A DNA stretch of 63,604 bases, the filler included, from Collodictyon triciliatum (Eukaryota): NCBI GenBank assembly GCA_043381765.1. It is 25 parts of 25 records of this genome, joined end to end, with 100 filler letters (N's around TTAATTAATTAA, not from the genome) between each part and the next. Parts side by side here need not be neighbours in the genome. Positions count along the whole stretch, not along the records: positions 1 to 2,474 come from JBHJMP010008821.1; positions 2,575 to 5,047 come from JBHJMP010008822.1; positions 5,148 to 7,620 come from JBHJMP010008823.1; positions 7,721 to 10,200 come from JBHJMP010008824.1; positions 10,301 to 12,771 come from JBHJMP010008825.1; positions 12,872 to 15,344 come from JBHJMP010008826.1; 19 more parts are not named here. One strand, given 5' to 3'. Below, one piece after another: positions 1-13,300 of this stretch. The translations under genes were made by a program, and so were the position numbers. How positions within the stretch are numbered: the first letter of the stretch is position 1; every line of letters starts with the position of its first letter. Under the pieces are notes generated by a model that was not told the DNA's origin, did no database searches, and saw only the letters and a program-made list of their open reading frames with translations.

Positions 1-187
1 TTTCTTTCTTTTCTTTCTTTTCTTTCTTTTCTTTCTTTTCTTTCTTTTCTTTCTTTTCTTTCTTTTCTTTCTTTTCTTTCTTTTCTTTCTTTTCTTTCTT
101 TTCTTTTTTTCTTTTTTTCTTTTTTTCTTTTTTTCTTTTTTTCTTTTTTTCTTTTTTCTTTTTTTCTTTCTTTTAATTTGTTAGATA

Positions 188-2277
188 CCTTTATCAGAGC
201 AGAAATTCGATGATATATCAAGTTTCTTGAGTGTCGTGTTACAGTCAAGAATATCGACTACTGGTTGCAAATCCTGTATTGAAAAGATGTACCAGAGTAT
301 AATGAGATAAAATGGAAGTCATAAGTTTATTCAAGAAATATTCAAACTAGCCACACAGTACCTGTCTCCAAACCCCTCGGTGCGTCCCTCTCAAGATGAG
401 CGATCCAATATTGGATTCTTGAATATATCTGGCGAGCGCCTCTGCTGCTTTAGATGGTCTTGCGTTGGGTATAAAATTAAAGTAATAATCGGATTATTAT
501 TTTTTTTTAAAAAAAAGGAAAAATAAAAAAATTACATGAGCTGCACATAACCCTGAAATAAAGTGAATGAGACAAATTTATGCGTATCTTTACTTTCCAG
601 TTTGGCGATAGTTTCCAGATAGATTGAGTTCAAAAAGGATTTTATTCGGTATCAACGCAGTGACGAATGAGGACAACCCTTTGAAATTATTGTAGATAAG
701 AGTTAGACAAGGAAGCCTTATTTTTACTATTTAGATTCTCAAAATTATATCATGATAATAACAAGTGTGAAAAATACCCCCTTGGAGGAAAAAAAAATAA
801 TAAAATAGTATCTAAAAGGTAATTATGGATGAAATAATACCATCATCACCAAGGTTGCAATCACTAACATCAACAAAAGTAATGCAAGATGTGTTTGCGA
901 GAGTTTGACCAATGACGATAGAGCTGGCTCCTCCAAAATCGTTTCCACCTTTTGAGTGAAATGGATTTAATTTGATTTAATAGTTTGAAATGTTATATAA
1001 GTTTCTGTGATGCTTTTAAAAGGCCACTGGATTGATATTACAGAGACATTAGCAATTATAAATTATCTTTAAAATATATTTGGAAGAAACTCCGAGGTTT
1101 TGGGCATGAAATTAGATGCATTCATTTAACTTCTTGGCTTACTTATATTTAGTGTGATGTTAGTTAATGATTGGTTTGACTGCAATGCGGCAATAACTTC
1201 TGCAGCTGATTCAGCCGTTATCTCTGTTTCAGACAGATTCAGCTTCTTAAGAGATACAGCAATCTAAATATTAATGATGATGGACAAAATTAATGAGAGT
1301 AGCAAACCCCGAAATTCAGAAGACTGAAGATTTCAAAAAAAAAAACATAATGATTCATATTTCTTTATATCAACCTTCAGCAAAGAGCATAAGAGAGATA
1401 TCTCTTTTTTCCCGAGTTTGTTTCTGGACATATCTATGTTTTGCAGAGAAGAAAGACAGCCTTGACTAATTCCATTTGCAACATGTTCCATCTTGAACCC
1501 CTGATCGATTATATTAAATTAAAGTTTCTTACATTTAGATGTGATTGATAATGTACTTGAAATCAAATATATTTTGAATATGCCGGACAAAGTATCTTAC
1601 AGTCGAGCTCAAATCGAGTTCTTCAAGTGACGATGTTGATGATAAACAACCTCCAAGTGCGAGAGATGAGTCGGAGTTGAGTTTATTATAGGATATTGAA
1701 AATTTTTTGACAGTAGTAGACACGTTGTCAGATTTCTAGCAATTTAAAATATTTCAAAATGAAAAGGTTAATACATCAAGTCATGTGACAGCTATTTGAA
1801 TTTGATATAAACATATGATTATTCGTGTTGATGGTGTGGCCATTTAATTAAGTCATTCAACGACATTTATTATGATTGTCACCTTAATGGCTTGTAATAT
1901 AGGATTGATGCTAGAGCGGTCAAGACCACAGCCGTTCAAGATGAGCTCACTTATACCCAAAGGTAACGATTCAATGGTTTTGCTCAATCCGATGATTCCT
2001 TCCGCATTGAATCATTTTAACGTGAACGCGAAATAATTTTTCTCGAATTGAACGAAAGAAGAGGACTCATAAAGGATGTAATCGGTATGCATATATCAAC
2101 CTTGTACAGTACCCCTTCGAAACATATTGAATGTATTTGGAAGTTATTGAATATTTGGAATTGTGAAGAAACCTCGTTCATCCAAAATATTCCCAGGAAT
2201 ACGAATTTGTTGAATAGATGAGTTCTGATTTGCAGCTATTTTTTCGAAGAACTCCACATGTAACTCCTTTGGAACTA
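188..2277 (-). CDS. CARMIL/LRRC16-like leucine-rich-repeat protein, internal multi-exon fragment
   Basis: Spliced exons read PKELHVEFFEKIAANQNSSIQQIRIPGNILDERG|IIGLSKTIESLPLGISELILNGCGLDRSSINPILQAIK, SSTSSLEELDLSS, GNDFGGASSIVIGQTLANTSCITFVDVSDCNLGDD and LDCNTTLKKLDISSNFCSDK. These are RNI-like LRRs; the first two resemble the CARMIL LRR region. Confidence 0.6.
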
Positions 2278-2377
2278 TGTTTAAGAAAGAAAAATACAAT
2301 GTCGATGAATCCCAACTACTTGGTTGTTCATGTGATTTATTTTTGTTTGATTTGCTAACGATGAAATCCTCTATAAA

Positions 2378-2379
<2 letters not shown>

Positions 2380-2474
<95 letters not shown>
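2380..2474 (+). repeat. (GATA)n microsatellite at contig end
   Basis: Direct tandem GATA run. Confidence 0.95.
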
Positions 2475-2628
2475 NNNNNNNNNNNNNNNNNNNNNNNNNN
2501 NNNNNNNNNNNNNNNNNNTTAATTAATTAANNNNNNNNNNNNNNNNNNNNNNNNNNNNNNNNNNNNNNNNNNNNAATACATAAATACATAAATAAATAAA
2601 TAAATAAATAAATAAATACATAAATACA

Positions 2629-2671
<43 letters not shown>

Positions 2672-2808
2672 ATACATAAATAAATAAATAAATAAATAAA
2701 TAAATACATAAATACATAAATACATAAATACATAAATACATAAATAAATAAATAAATACATAAATAAAAACATAAATAAAAACATAAATAAAAACATAAA
2801 TAAAAACA

Positions 2809-2875
<67 letters not shown>

Positions 2876-2939
2876 ATACATAAATAAATACATAAATAAA
2901 TACATAAATAAATAAATACATCTATAGATAAATAAATAC

Positions 2940-3180
2940 CCGCGCTTGTAAAAAGTAGAGACGGATCTCTTTGTGGGATCAGCGGGGCAGATGAGACAAC
3001 GCGGTGGTTATGCTCCTTTGCAAAGTAGTCCAGAAACAGAGAGCGGATCTCCCGCGTTGTGCGAAACGGGACTTTGGAGTCGGAGGACAAAAACCGAACA
3101 GCTGTCTTTGCAGGGTCGACGCTTGAATGGCCTCGCGAAAGAACCGCAGTTCCAAGCCCTAAGCTTCGCAGAAGCCTCAT
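2940..3180 (-). CDS. AARS2: Alanyl-tRNA synthetase, probably mitochondrial, first exon
   Basis: An Arg/Ser/Leu-rich presequence-like start ([17 protein letters not shown]) precedes [39 protein letters not shown] (AlaRS N-terminal motif). GT donor at 2939-2938, then an (AAAT)n-rich intron. Confidence 0.88.
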
Positions 3181-4950
3181 GGCTAAAGACCTTCACAACA
3201 GAAATAGAGGCGATTCAGCCAGCATACGAGGAAGAGCGAGATTTTTTTTCTTACTAAGTGTTTACCTTTATTTCATTTCTTTTTTTCTTTCCTTTTCAAT
3301 CCATTTTTTTTTCTTTTTCAAACAACACAGTCTAATGTTTTCCGCAGCACACAAAACAACTTCCCGAGCGACTGAGAACTGTGATACTTTGGGCCCCACC
3401 CCTTCGCCAAAAAAACAAAAACAAAAAACAACCAAGTGAGGCTTCAGGCAGCAACCTTCTTCAGCTCTTTCCATCGCAAGAGTTCAGTTTTCGAAGTCCG
3501 GCTCATAATACCGAGAAAACGACTCTACACGATTAAAAAAAAAATAAACAATTAATTTCTATTCCAGTCTTGACGGCACCCCAAGCTGTTGGGTACTTGA
3601 ACAGAAGCATATTGCCGCCTGCGATGAAGGAACTCACAACCTGTGAAAAGTGAGCCTTTGAGACATGCACAAACAAGTACTGGTTTTTATTCTTCCACAT
3701 CTTGCGATTGCAGGCGAGAACCCCTGGGGAAAGAAAGGATAAAACTATGTGTTTGTATAACCGTGATGATGGCATAGACGAATCACTGGCGAGTTTTTTT
3801 TTCTCTCTCTCTCTCTCTCCTGTTGGTTCCGCAAAGTCAAGGTACATAATTTTTCTAGGGCATCAAGCTGCTTCCTCTTTTGAAGAATATCAGATTAACC
3901 CTGAAGCAAACCCCATTCCTAGCCGTAGGCCCCTCAAGGAAACTGCGTAAACTTGGAGCATGATTCAAGGATTCCGGTCTTTACGAAGCAGCCTTTGATA
4001 TCGTTTTCTTTTCCGAATGGTCTGTTGGAAGATGCTGCTCGCAGGCGGCACCATCGGGTGCTTGATGTTTGATAAAATATAAAAGAGACTGCAACACACC
4101 CCCAGCAACATCTGCCTTTTACCTGTGCCAGTGTCATGTATACATTTGCAGTTCATTTGAAAGCCCCCACAACTTAGGTGCATCGCCCTCGTCTCGTTGA
4201 ATATATCGCCTTTGTGGTTGTCGCTCACAGAGAACATAGTTGGATGAATTTTGGTGGCTGGGATTGAATTCAGAGAAATATTATATATTCCAGGTTTGCA
4301 TGGAAGTTTGAGATTGACAGATATCCAGATTAGTAAGTAGGGTAGCTGTCATCGCCACTCTTTATTTCTGCATTATTTCTGCATTGTTTCTTTGAATCTA
4401 GCATGTTCGTTACTCTCGCCGAAAAAGCCCACCAACGCGCAAGGAGAGTCGGGGCTTCCTTTAGAAACTTCAGAAAATCCATCTGCTATCGACAGCAAGT
4501 ATATTAGCTACTGTGGCATAAAAGAAAGAAAAACATAACGCGAGAAACCACTCGGGGCACCATGCGCACCTCCAACAATTGATATTATGGCAGTTTTTTT
4601 ATCGGGAGGAAGTCATGGTGCGACATACAGACAGAGAGTCTCAAGGAGAAGCAGACTCTTTCCTGTACAAGAAATGCACGCAAGACCAGGACGATAGAAT
4701 GTCTTTGTCGTCTACAATGACGAGCAACATGCTGGATGCTGCGGACCTTTCGTCTGTTTGGAACCGCAAGGAAAACATCGAGCAAGTAGATAAGAGGATT
4801 CATGACCAAGTCGCGCAGAGATATCGCATGGATGCGTGGCTTCGATTCCAGGTTCATAGTGTTTCATTTTTGTGAATATGATACAACCCTATCTTCCTCT
4901 TTTCTTTCTCTTTTCTTTTTTCTCTTTTTTTTCTTTTCTTTCTTTTCTTT

Positions 4951-4994
<44 letters not shown>

Positions 4995-5147
4995 TTCTTT
5001 TCTTTTCTTTTCTTTTCTTTTCTTTTCTTTTCTTTTCTTTTCTTTTCNNNNNNNNNNNNNNNNNNNNNNNNNNNNNNNNNNNNNNNNNNNNTTAATTAAT
5101 TAANNNNNNNNNNNNNNNNNNNNNNNNNNNNNNNNNNNNNNNNNNNN

Positions 5148-5246
<99 letters not shown>

Positions 5247-5290
5247 GTGCTGCTTCATTTAGTCTAGTCTATGCTGTTTTGATGCTTTAC

Positions 5291-7378
5291 CGATTCGCTC
5301 TCAAGTCCCATAGCTTCACATAATTATCTGTGGCCGCAGTTAAAAAAGAGTTCATAAGACTCCTGTGGATGTGATACACATTAAGAGTTTTCACACATTC
5401 TAGTACTGAAGATTAAAGTAATAATCAACGCTACAATTTTTTTTTTACAATAATGATTATAGATAAAAAGAGCAGAAAAGAAACAAGGAACCCGTGATTG
5501 CTGACTATTAGAAATCATGCGTATTATAAGATTGTCGGGACATAGGACGTTCTACGAGTATGCAAAGATATAATGATATGGAAACATATGTATGGGGCGA
5601 GCGTGTGCACCAGGTATTTTCCGTGCTATCAATTTTATGACCATATCGAATACGGTAAGACTCTCATCTGATGACGAACAAATAACAATATCTTGACGTA
5701 GAAAAAAATTATCGATCAGTTAATAAGATATGAATGTAAAAATAATATGATTAATCATGTCATACAATACCATGCAAGTACAGGGAATAATAAATAAGTT
5801 TTTTTTTTCCAGCGAAAGTGTCCTAGATGGAATTTTTTTTACGTGATGAAAAGGTATTTATGCATGCAAAGTCTGTGATACTTTGGGCCTCTGATGATAA
5901 TTTCACAGCTGATATGTACTTATTGTTATTCTCGAACCTGTTTTTATATGTTTTTATTACATTTATTTCATCTATTTGAGGGTGTGTTATACATACAAGG
6001 ATATTAGAGCAAAAACATCCTTTGAATGGTGTCATTTGAGATTGCAAGGCTTTCTTTCGCCATTACCGAAGGAGGCCGTCCTTAGGGGTTTCCTCAATCA
6101 CGTCTCTGTACCCAATCAACTGATTGCCACAACTAAGAACACATTTATCCATATAATAGAACTTTGATTGCCGAATTGGGCCTGAAAACTCTGGACTCTC
6201 CTTCATTTATTTTTTTAAAAAGTGTAAATAAGATTGATAATTAAAAAAAATATAATATTTATGACCATTCTTGGAGAGTCCGTTTATGTATATGAACATG
6301 AGCATTATGTTTTTAAAAGAAAAGACGGAGAATTCCAATACCCTTGCATCATCTTTTGTGTTTTTGGCAACGTATCGAAAAATGACAAATGTGGTAGGAT
6401 TTCCACTGCCCCAGAGCCGAACCGTTCTATCAGCAGAAAATGTCAACAAATAATCATTCTTGAGACTATACGCAACTGAAAGAACCGAGGCGCTGTGTCC
6501 TATCGATTAAGTTAACAGGTAGATTATGGACAAGTGGTATAATGAAGAACTTCGTCCGCAATCCAGTGCCACTATGTAGTGTTGGATACACAAGCAAAAC
6601 CTGATGAGCTGAATCTCACTTCATAAAATACCTCGATAATCTGTTCCTTCTCCTTTAAACTTTGTTAAAAAGAACTTTATTTCACGAGTGACTTTATCAG
6701 ACCCGCAGCTGGTTATTCTCTCTCAATTGCCTTGATTGATACAAATCGACAGTATTAAGGTTCGCTTTCTCTTCCTTTTCTTTTAAAAACCATCATCACA
6801 CAAAACATCCAAGTGAAAGGGAAATAGACAAGAAAGAAGGCAGTGATATTGGAAAATATTCACTTGAATGAATCAGGCGTAGAGCGGCGCCGGATTGTGG
6901 CAGAATAGCATATCCCCAGGTTGAGGGACATGAGGAGGCCCGCAATTTATGGGGTACTTTTTTTTCAGTAAGTTCCTAGAATGTCAGATGAAAGAATGCA
7001 ATATCAAAACACATCTCAAAAGTCTCATCTTTCCTAATACATACGCGTTTTTTCAATTTGGAAATCAGCTATTATTCATTCAGTCGTTGGCTTTCCTTTT
7101 AAAACAATTTAAAGAAAAAAGAAAAGGTGATTATTATGTATATAAGCCAGGTGTATGTATGTGTGATTGACTCTTTTTTAATCTTTTATGATATTTATTA
7201 TATATAATTAAGTGCTAGTTATAGATGCAAAACCCTGATGAGCCTAATCTCTTTAAAGTTGTCTTTGGTTTTGTTGAGTTGACTGGAGCAGCTCCTTATC
7301 CTGACGACTTTATCCTTGAGTGAAATGTGACTGGTTTGTTAACAATCTTTGGAATTTTTTCCTTCAAAGTTGAGGAGG
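5291..7378 (-). pseudogene. WDR27: WDR27-like WD40 gene carrying in-frame stops and a frameshift
   Basis: Exons give KPVTFHSRIKSSG*GAAP (TAA 7296-7298), TFSADRTVRLW, KFYYMDKCVL, ITDFACINTFSSHIVICSSSDESLTVFDM...GAHARPIH and CENS*CVSHPQESYELF(+1 fs in A6 5342-5347)LTAATDNYVKLWDLR. These match WDR27 motifs as recalled (FHSKVRSSGY, AQFYYID, AHSRPVH, LWDLR). Confidence 0.7.
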
Positions 7379-7889
7379 CTGAAGCCATACATGCAAAAAG
7401 AAGGGAAAACACGGTTGAGATTGGGTTATAACACATGCGACTTCTTTGTGTCAATCAGTCCAATATGTAAATAAATATTACACAATACCCTTATGAATTT
7501 ACCTCCATTTTAATCGTCTTGTAAACGAAATAGATGATGAGAAATGGGATGAAGAAAAACATAATAATAAGGTGACATTGAATAAAGTATACATGAGCTC
7601 CTCCCAATCTTACGAAGGGGNNNNNNNNNNNNNNNNNNNNNNNNNNNNNNNNNNNNNNNNNNNNTTAATTAATTAANNNNNNNNNNNNNNNNNNNNNNNN
7701 NNNNNNNNNNNNNNNNNNNNGGGCTTTTACCTCCAAGTATTATTTTATTTTAAGTGGATTTTAAATCAAGTAACTCACTGGGGTCACTTGAACCCCCCCC
7801 CCCCCCCCCCCCCCTCAAGTCATCCCTCCTCTCCTGGTTTGTTTGTAACCTGGGAAGTAAATTAGTTCGTGAAATCTGAGAGAAACTCA

Positions 7890-10000
7890 CAATGAGATCA
7901 TCGATCTGAGCTTCAGACGAACTATTAAGGAACAGATTGATGGCATATCCTCCTTCTCCGTAAGAATCCTGGAATCCATCATGAATATCTCGGTAAAACA
8001 CATATGATGGATATAACATCGGGTGACCATCTGACCATGTGTACTGACCATCCCTAACGAAGGTATTTCGAAATGAAGGGCTGGGGTCTTAATTTCATAT
8101 ATTTTTTTTAAAACAAAAATAAAAAGGAAAAACAAAAAACAAAAAACATATCGATTTTAAATCCCTCTGAATATGTGGCTAGAATGAGGATATGTCATTT
8201 TAATTGACATAAATATGGCGTGTGACTTTCGATCTATAAAAAGCTACCCAAATGGTGTTTTTTCTTCACTTTTTTGAGTAAAGAATCCATAACAATTGTC
8301 AAATTGACTGTCAATGAGCTCACATCTAGATGGTTTGACCCTGACTTGTCGCAATAATGGAAGTCCGATCAATCTTTGGCTGTAAGAAAGGGAATTCAAT
8401 CCTGAATTTGAATTCTCCTTCCCGTCTATTTTTAACCCAGGAATGACTGTGTTTTGAAGGAACTAATAAAACATGCCAGTTAGTGGCGCGCCAGAATTAT
8501 TATTTCATTTCGAAAAAATGCAATAAGAAGAAAAACCGAATACTGACTTGATAAATATCCCCCTGGTGACGTTTCACAAAGTTTATTAGACAGTTAGAAT
8601 TTGAGTATTTATTGTTTTCTTAAATATTAGATATAAGTGAATGAAATATGCTGTTATGAGAAAAGATATTTTAAGCATTTACTTTCGTTGTCACGGACGA
8701 AAAATCAATCCAGTTTTCATTTTGGGCTATGTTAAATCATTTTTTTGGTAAATATAATATGACATGCTTTATTATTTTGTTTGTTGTTTGTTTGTTTGTT
8801 TGTTTGTTTGTTTGTTTGTTTGTTTGTTTGTTTAGTTTAGTTTAGTTTAGTTTTTTGTTTTGAAGAAAAGATCGCATGTATCATTCATATATTGTTCACT
8901 AAAACGGTTATTTGAGAAAAAAATGAAGGATAGTTTTTCCTATGATTAGGAAACCTGGGCTGAAGTATGTTCCAATCAAATCGACCTTGACAGAAGATTG
9001 ACAAAGCGGGAAATATGGCGGTACGAGAAAAAAATCGAGACAGTTTAAATTATTAGCACCTTTTTAACACATAATTGGTAGTTCTTTAAATCGAATAAAG
9101 GAAAAAAAAAGCATATAATTGTTAGCTTTCAGCGGATGATATAATATAGCTGTGACAGTGTACAATTGAAGGTTAAATGACATTTTCTTGAGAAGATTAG
9201 GGAAAGCAAGATTCATGATGTTACTCATACCTGCTCGAACGAATGATGCACCGGAATAAACATGAAGCTTACGGCTAGAAAGAATGCTAGATGGATTAAA
9301 TATGTAGCCAACTGAACATCAAAGCTTACTCGCTTGCTCTCTCGTAGAAACTGAAGCGCTTCCTCAACGTTTAGTTGTTTCTTTTTGTAAAGATTGATTT
9401 TCTTTCTCATGGTACCTTCATCTGGAGGGAAAGAAAGAGAATTTGTAGTGTTCATATATATATTTAAGAAGAATGCAAACTAAACCGTCCTTCTTGAAAA
9501 AAAAAATCAAAGTATATATTTCGCGGTCTGCGAGCTATAAAACAGTCAGTCATATGACTAAAAAAAATAATAGAGGTATTGTCTTCGAACAACTTAGGTA
9601 TAAGTTGAATGGAAAAAAAAAACCAAATAGAAAATCAAGAGTAGATAATTAAGTCAAAAGAATACGTTGGTAAAATTCAAGGAGCTGCACAAAGCAATAG
9701 AGAGAAAAACTGAAATGACCCAGGGACCTCTTCAACAGATAAGAGGATATTACCTTTTTGGTTTTCAATGTTGATAATTGAACTAAGGCGGTTTCCGGCG
9801 CGAATGGCTTGGACTGCAACTTTGACAGAGCGACGACCGTTTTTTGTGATCGACTCATTACCGGCGTCGATACTTTCGCCAGGCAAGGGGAACAAGTTTT
9901 CGGGGATGGATGACAGGGACGGTTGTGTGGGCATTTGTATATCAGACAGAGTCTCCACCAAGGTTTCCTGTACAGCCCCTGACGGCCCTATAGTGCTCAT
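7890..10000 (-). CDS. Polycystin-2-like (PKD2/TRPP) cation channel, 5' part
   Basis: Exons include S1-like LATYLIHLAFFLAVSFMFIP and polycystin TOP-domain motifs RLIGLPLLRQVRVKPSRC, CYGFFTQKSEEKTPFG and SYGEGGYAINL. Confidence 0.72.
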
Positions 10001-10303
10001 CCCTGGTTGTGTATGTGAAACAGGGCCAGTCTTGCAAACGGCGAGACTTGCTGTATTGTTTCGAATAGCCTTGAATAAAGTGTCTCTGACAACAAATGCC
10101 TTATTATTTTAACAAAAACAAAAAAACAAACAAAAAAACAAACAAAAAACAAACAAAAAACAAACAAAAAACAAACAAAAAACAAACAAAAAACAAAAAA
10201 NNNNNNNNNNNNNNNNNNNNNNNNNNNNNNNNNNNNNNNNNNNNTTAATTAATTAANNNNNNNNNNNNNNNNNNNNNNNNNNNNNNNNNNNNNNNNNNNN
10301 TAG

Positions 10304-10397
10304 AATTGCTGAATTTGGCACGAGAAAGGAGATGATTGCTGTGGTTGACCAGCTGGATGACCGTGAACTAGACGGAAGGCGTATTCGAATTCGTGAG
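10304..10397 (+). CDS. SR splicing factor (SRSF4/5/6-like) RRM exon
   Basis: AG/GT-bounded exon IAEFGTRKEMIAVVDQLDDRELDGRRIRIRE resembles the end of the second RRM of SR proteins. Confidence 0.6.
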
Positions 10398-13300
10398 GTA
10401 TACATAGCCGATTATATTCCGAATGTCACCTTTACACCGCACTACGTTAATATTCACGAGCTTAACATATTCGACACCTTCAATACCTATACAACGACAT
10501 TTCTTATATCATATTTGTGCATGCTGATTGTATAACCAGCCTTCTTCGACTTATACAATTCTACAAAAACTATTTTGTATTATGCTGGCACAAATCTATG
10601 TCTAAGCGAGGGAATACTATATTAATATGTCGTGGTATCCTACTTGACCTTTTCCTTTGGCCTATAATATTTGATAAAATGTACCTTTGTCTAATGAAAC
10701 AACAGTTTTCTTTTTGAAGTCGTGGTACACCAACCTTGTTCGTCTAGAATTTTACACTATCAGACTGTGTCTAATATTTCCTATTGATAATCTTACTAAT
10801 TGGCATTCTCGTCTACATCGTTCTCTTCTTCTTTTTTCCATCGGTTGGCTTCTCCGTACTTTCTTTTCATCTTTATTTCAATAATTTAATTCACAAACAA
10901 GCTTTCCCACACCAATCATCAGAACCCCGACTGTTTTCTGACAGAGGGAAACCCCGATACCGAACCATGAATGCCTCTGACTGACTGTGTCCTTTCTCAT
11001 CTTGCCAACTTTCGTGTGTTTTCTGGCCCTGTGCGCCGCCCATTCCAATAGAGAAATCGAGTGGTCTGGTTCGCCACGTATCTTTGTTTGATTCATTATT
11101 TCATTCATTTCCCCCCATTTTTCTTTGTATCTATGCAAGAAGTAGTTCCTCCCACCCAAAGCGCCCCAATTCTTGATCTTTACAGCGGCTGGTCCCACTA
11201 ATGTTTCATACATCGCGTTCAACTCAGAGCTCCATCCCATCCAACTGAACGCCAACCTCTTCTTTTCTTCCTTTCTTTTAAGCTTTCCTTTGCAAAAAGC
11301 ATTCCACTCTTTACAACCCCTGCTTANNNNNNNNNNNNNNNNNNNNNNNNNNNNNNNNNNNNNNNNNNNNNNNNNNNNNNNNNNNNNNNNNNNNNNNNNN
11401 NNNNNNNNNNNNNNNNNNNNNNNNNNNNNNNNNNNNNNNNNNNNNNNNNNNNNNNNNNNNNNNNNNNNNNNNNNNNNNNNNNNNNNNNNNNNNNNNNNNN
11501 NNNNNNNNNNNNNNNNNNNNNNNNNNNNNNNNNNNNNNNNNNNNNNNNNNNNNNNNNNNNNNNNNNNNNNNNNNNNNNNNNNNNNNNNNNNNNNNNNNNN
11601 NNNNNNNNNNNNNNNNNNNNNNNNNNNNNNNNNNNNNNNNNNNNNNNNNNNNNNNNNNNNNNNNNNNNNNNNNNNNNNNNNNNNNNNNNNNNNNNNNNNN
11701 NNNNNNNNNNNNNNNNNNNNNNNNNNNNNNNNNNNNNNNNNNNNNNNNNNNNNNNNNNNNNNNNNNNNNNNNNNNNNNNNNNNNNNNNNNNNNNNNNNNN
11801 NNNNNNNNNNNNNNNNNNNNNNNNNNNNNNNNNNNNNNNNNNNNNNNNNNNNNNNNNNNNNNNNNNNNNNNNNNNNNNNNNNNNNNNNNNNNNNNNNNNN
11901 NNNNNNNNNNNNNNNNNNNNNNNNNNNNNNNNNNNNNNNAAAAAAAATACTTATTGTCGCGTCCAGACTATGTTTCTGCAATTATGTTTGAATTTCTTAA
12001 CACTTTTAATGCAACGTAGGAATGAAGAAGATGGCGCCAATGCCGCGCAAGATAAAGCAGAATAAGCTCGATGATACAGAAATAAACATGATTATCATCA
12101 TTCCCTTTCGAAGCTCCGTTTTTTATATAATTTTTTTTTTTTTTTATCTTTTTAAAGGCCTGCTCCCTCGCATTTTAAGTTCACTGCATGATATGTCATT
12201 CACGTTCATAGTTTTTTTTTTCTATCTACTTTGTTATCACTTATTGTTCCATCATTATTTTCATCTTCACAGACCGCACTATTTTATTAAGAGGCACTCA
12301 GGCCCTGTCAGCAAACAAACAAATGCACCAATGAATGAAACGATGGAGGACTGACTTTACTCTACTTGTGTTTTTCAAGTGTAAGCTCAAGTAAGGAGAG
12401 AAAGAAAAAGAAAAGGAAAAAATCAGCAACACCTGACATGCGTGCCCGTGTCTCCCCTTTCGCATTCATTAGCCTTTCCCCCCTCTCTGATGTCCATCAC
12501 CATCATCACGGTCATCAATACGGTATTCTACGGTGACAAGGAGAATATGATTTTTGTCCTGCGATTGTAAGGAAACTAATAATAGCAAATAAGCAGAAAT
12601 AAGCGAAAGTCGTGAGAGTTGCTGTTGTAAAAGGACAGGACAGCTTCTCTTGTTCCTCTCCTTCACTTTTCTTTTTCTTTTTCTTTTTCTTTTTCTTTTT
12701 CTTTTTCTTTTTCTTTTTCTTTTTCTTTTCTCTTCAATCGCTTTAACAAAAAAAAAAAAATAGCATCATAANNNNNNNNNNNNNNNNNNNNNNNNNNNNN
12801 NNNNNNNNNNNNNNNTTAATTAATTAANNNNNNNNNNNNNNNNNNNNNNNNNNNNNNNNNNNNNNNNNNNNAAAGAAAAATAAAAGAAAAAAAAGAAAAT
12901 AAAAGAAAAAATAAAAGAAAAAATAAAAGAAAAAATAAAAGAAAAAAATAAAAGAAAAAATAAAAGAAAAAAATAAAAGAAAAAATAAAAGAAAAAAATA
13001 AAAGAAAAAAATAAAAGAAAAAAATAAAAGAAAAAAATAAAAGAAAAAAATAAAAGAAAAAAATAAAAGAAAAAATAAAAGAAAAAATAAAAGAAAAAAT
13101 AAAATAAAAAATAAAAAGAAAAGGAAAGAAAAAGGAAAGAAAAGAAAGATGTTTCCTTCGACGCACCCATTACTCCTTTCTATATTTCTCACTTTTCACA
13201 TTCTAATATCAATATTCTTCAACAACAATTTGTACCTGTTAGAGCCCAGCTTCTATCTCCCCCTTTTTTTCTTCTTCTTCGAGAATTGAGCCATTCTGTA

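Noticed and set aside
2519-2935. Low-complexity ORFs in the track (YLFI, FFLS, poly-I/N/K, DYGLWIM, TQK etc.)
   Set aside because: Translations of intronic or intergenic microsatellites and N-runs, not genes.
6870-6960. U1 snRNA-like look (stem followed by AATTTATGG)
   Set aside because: No ATACTTACCTG 5' end; the minus strand reads as a WDR27 exon (KYPINCGPP).
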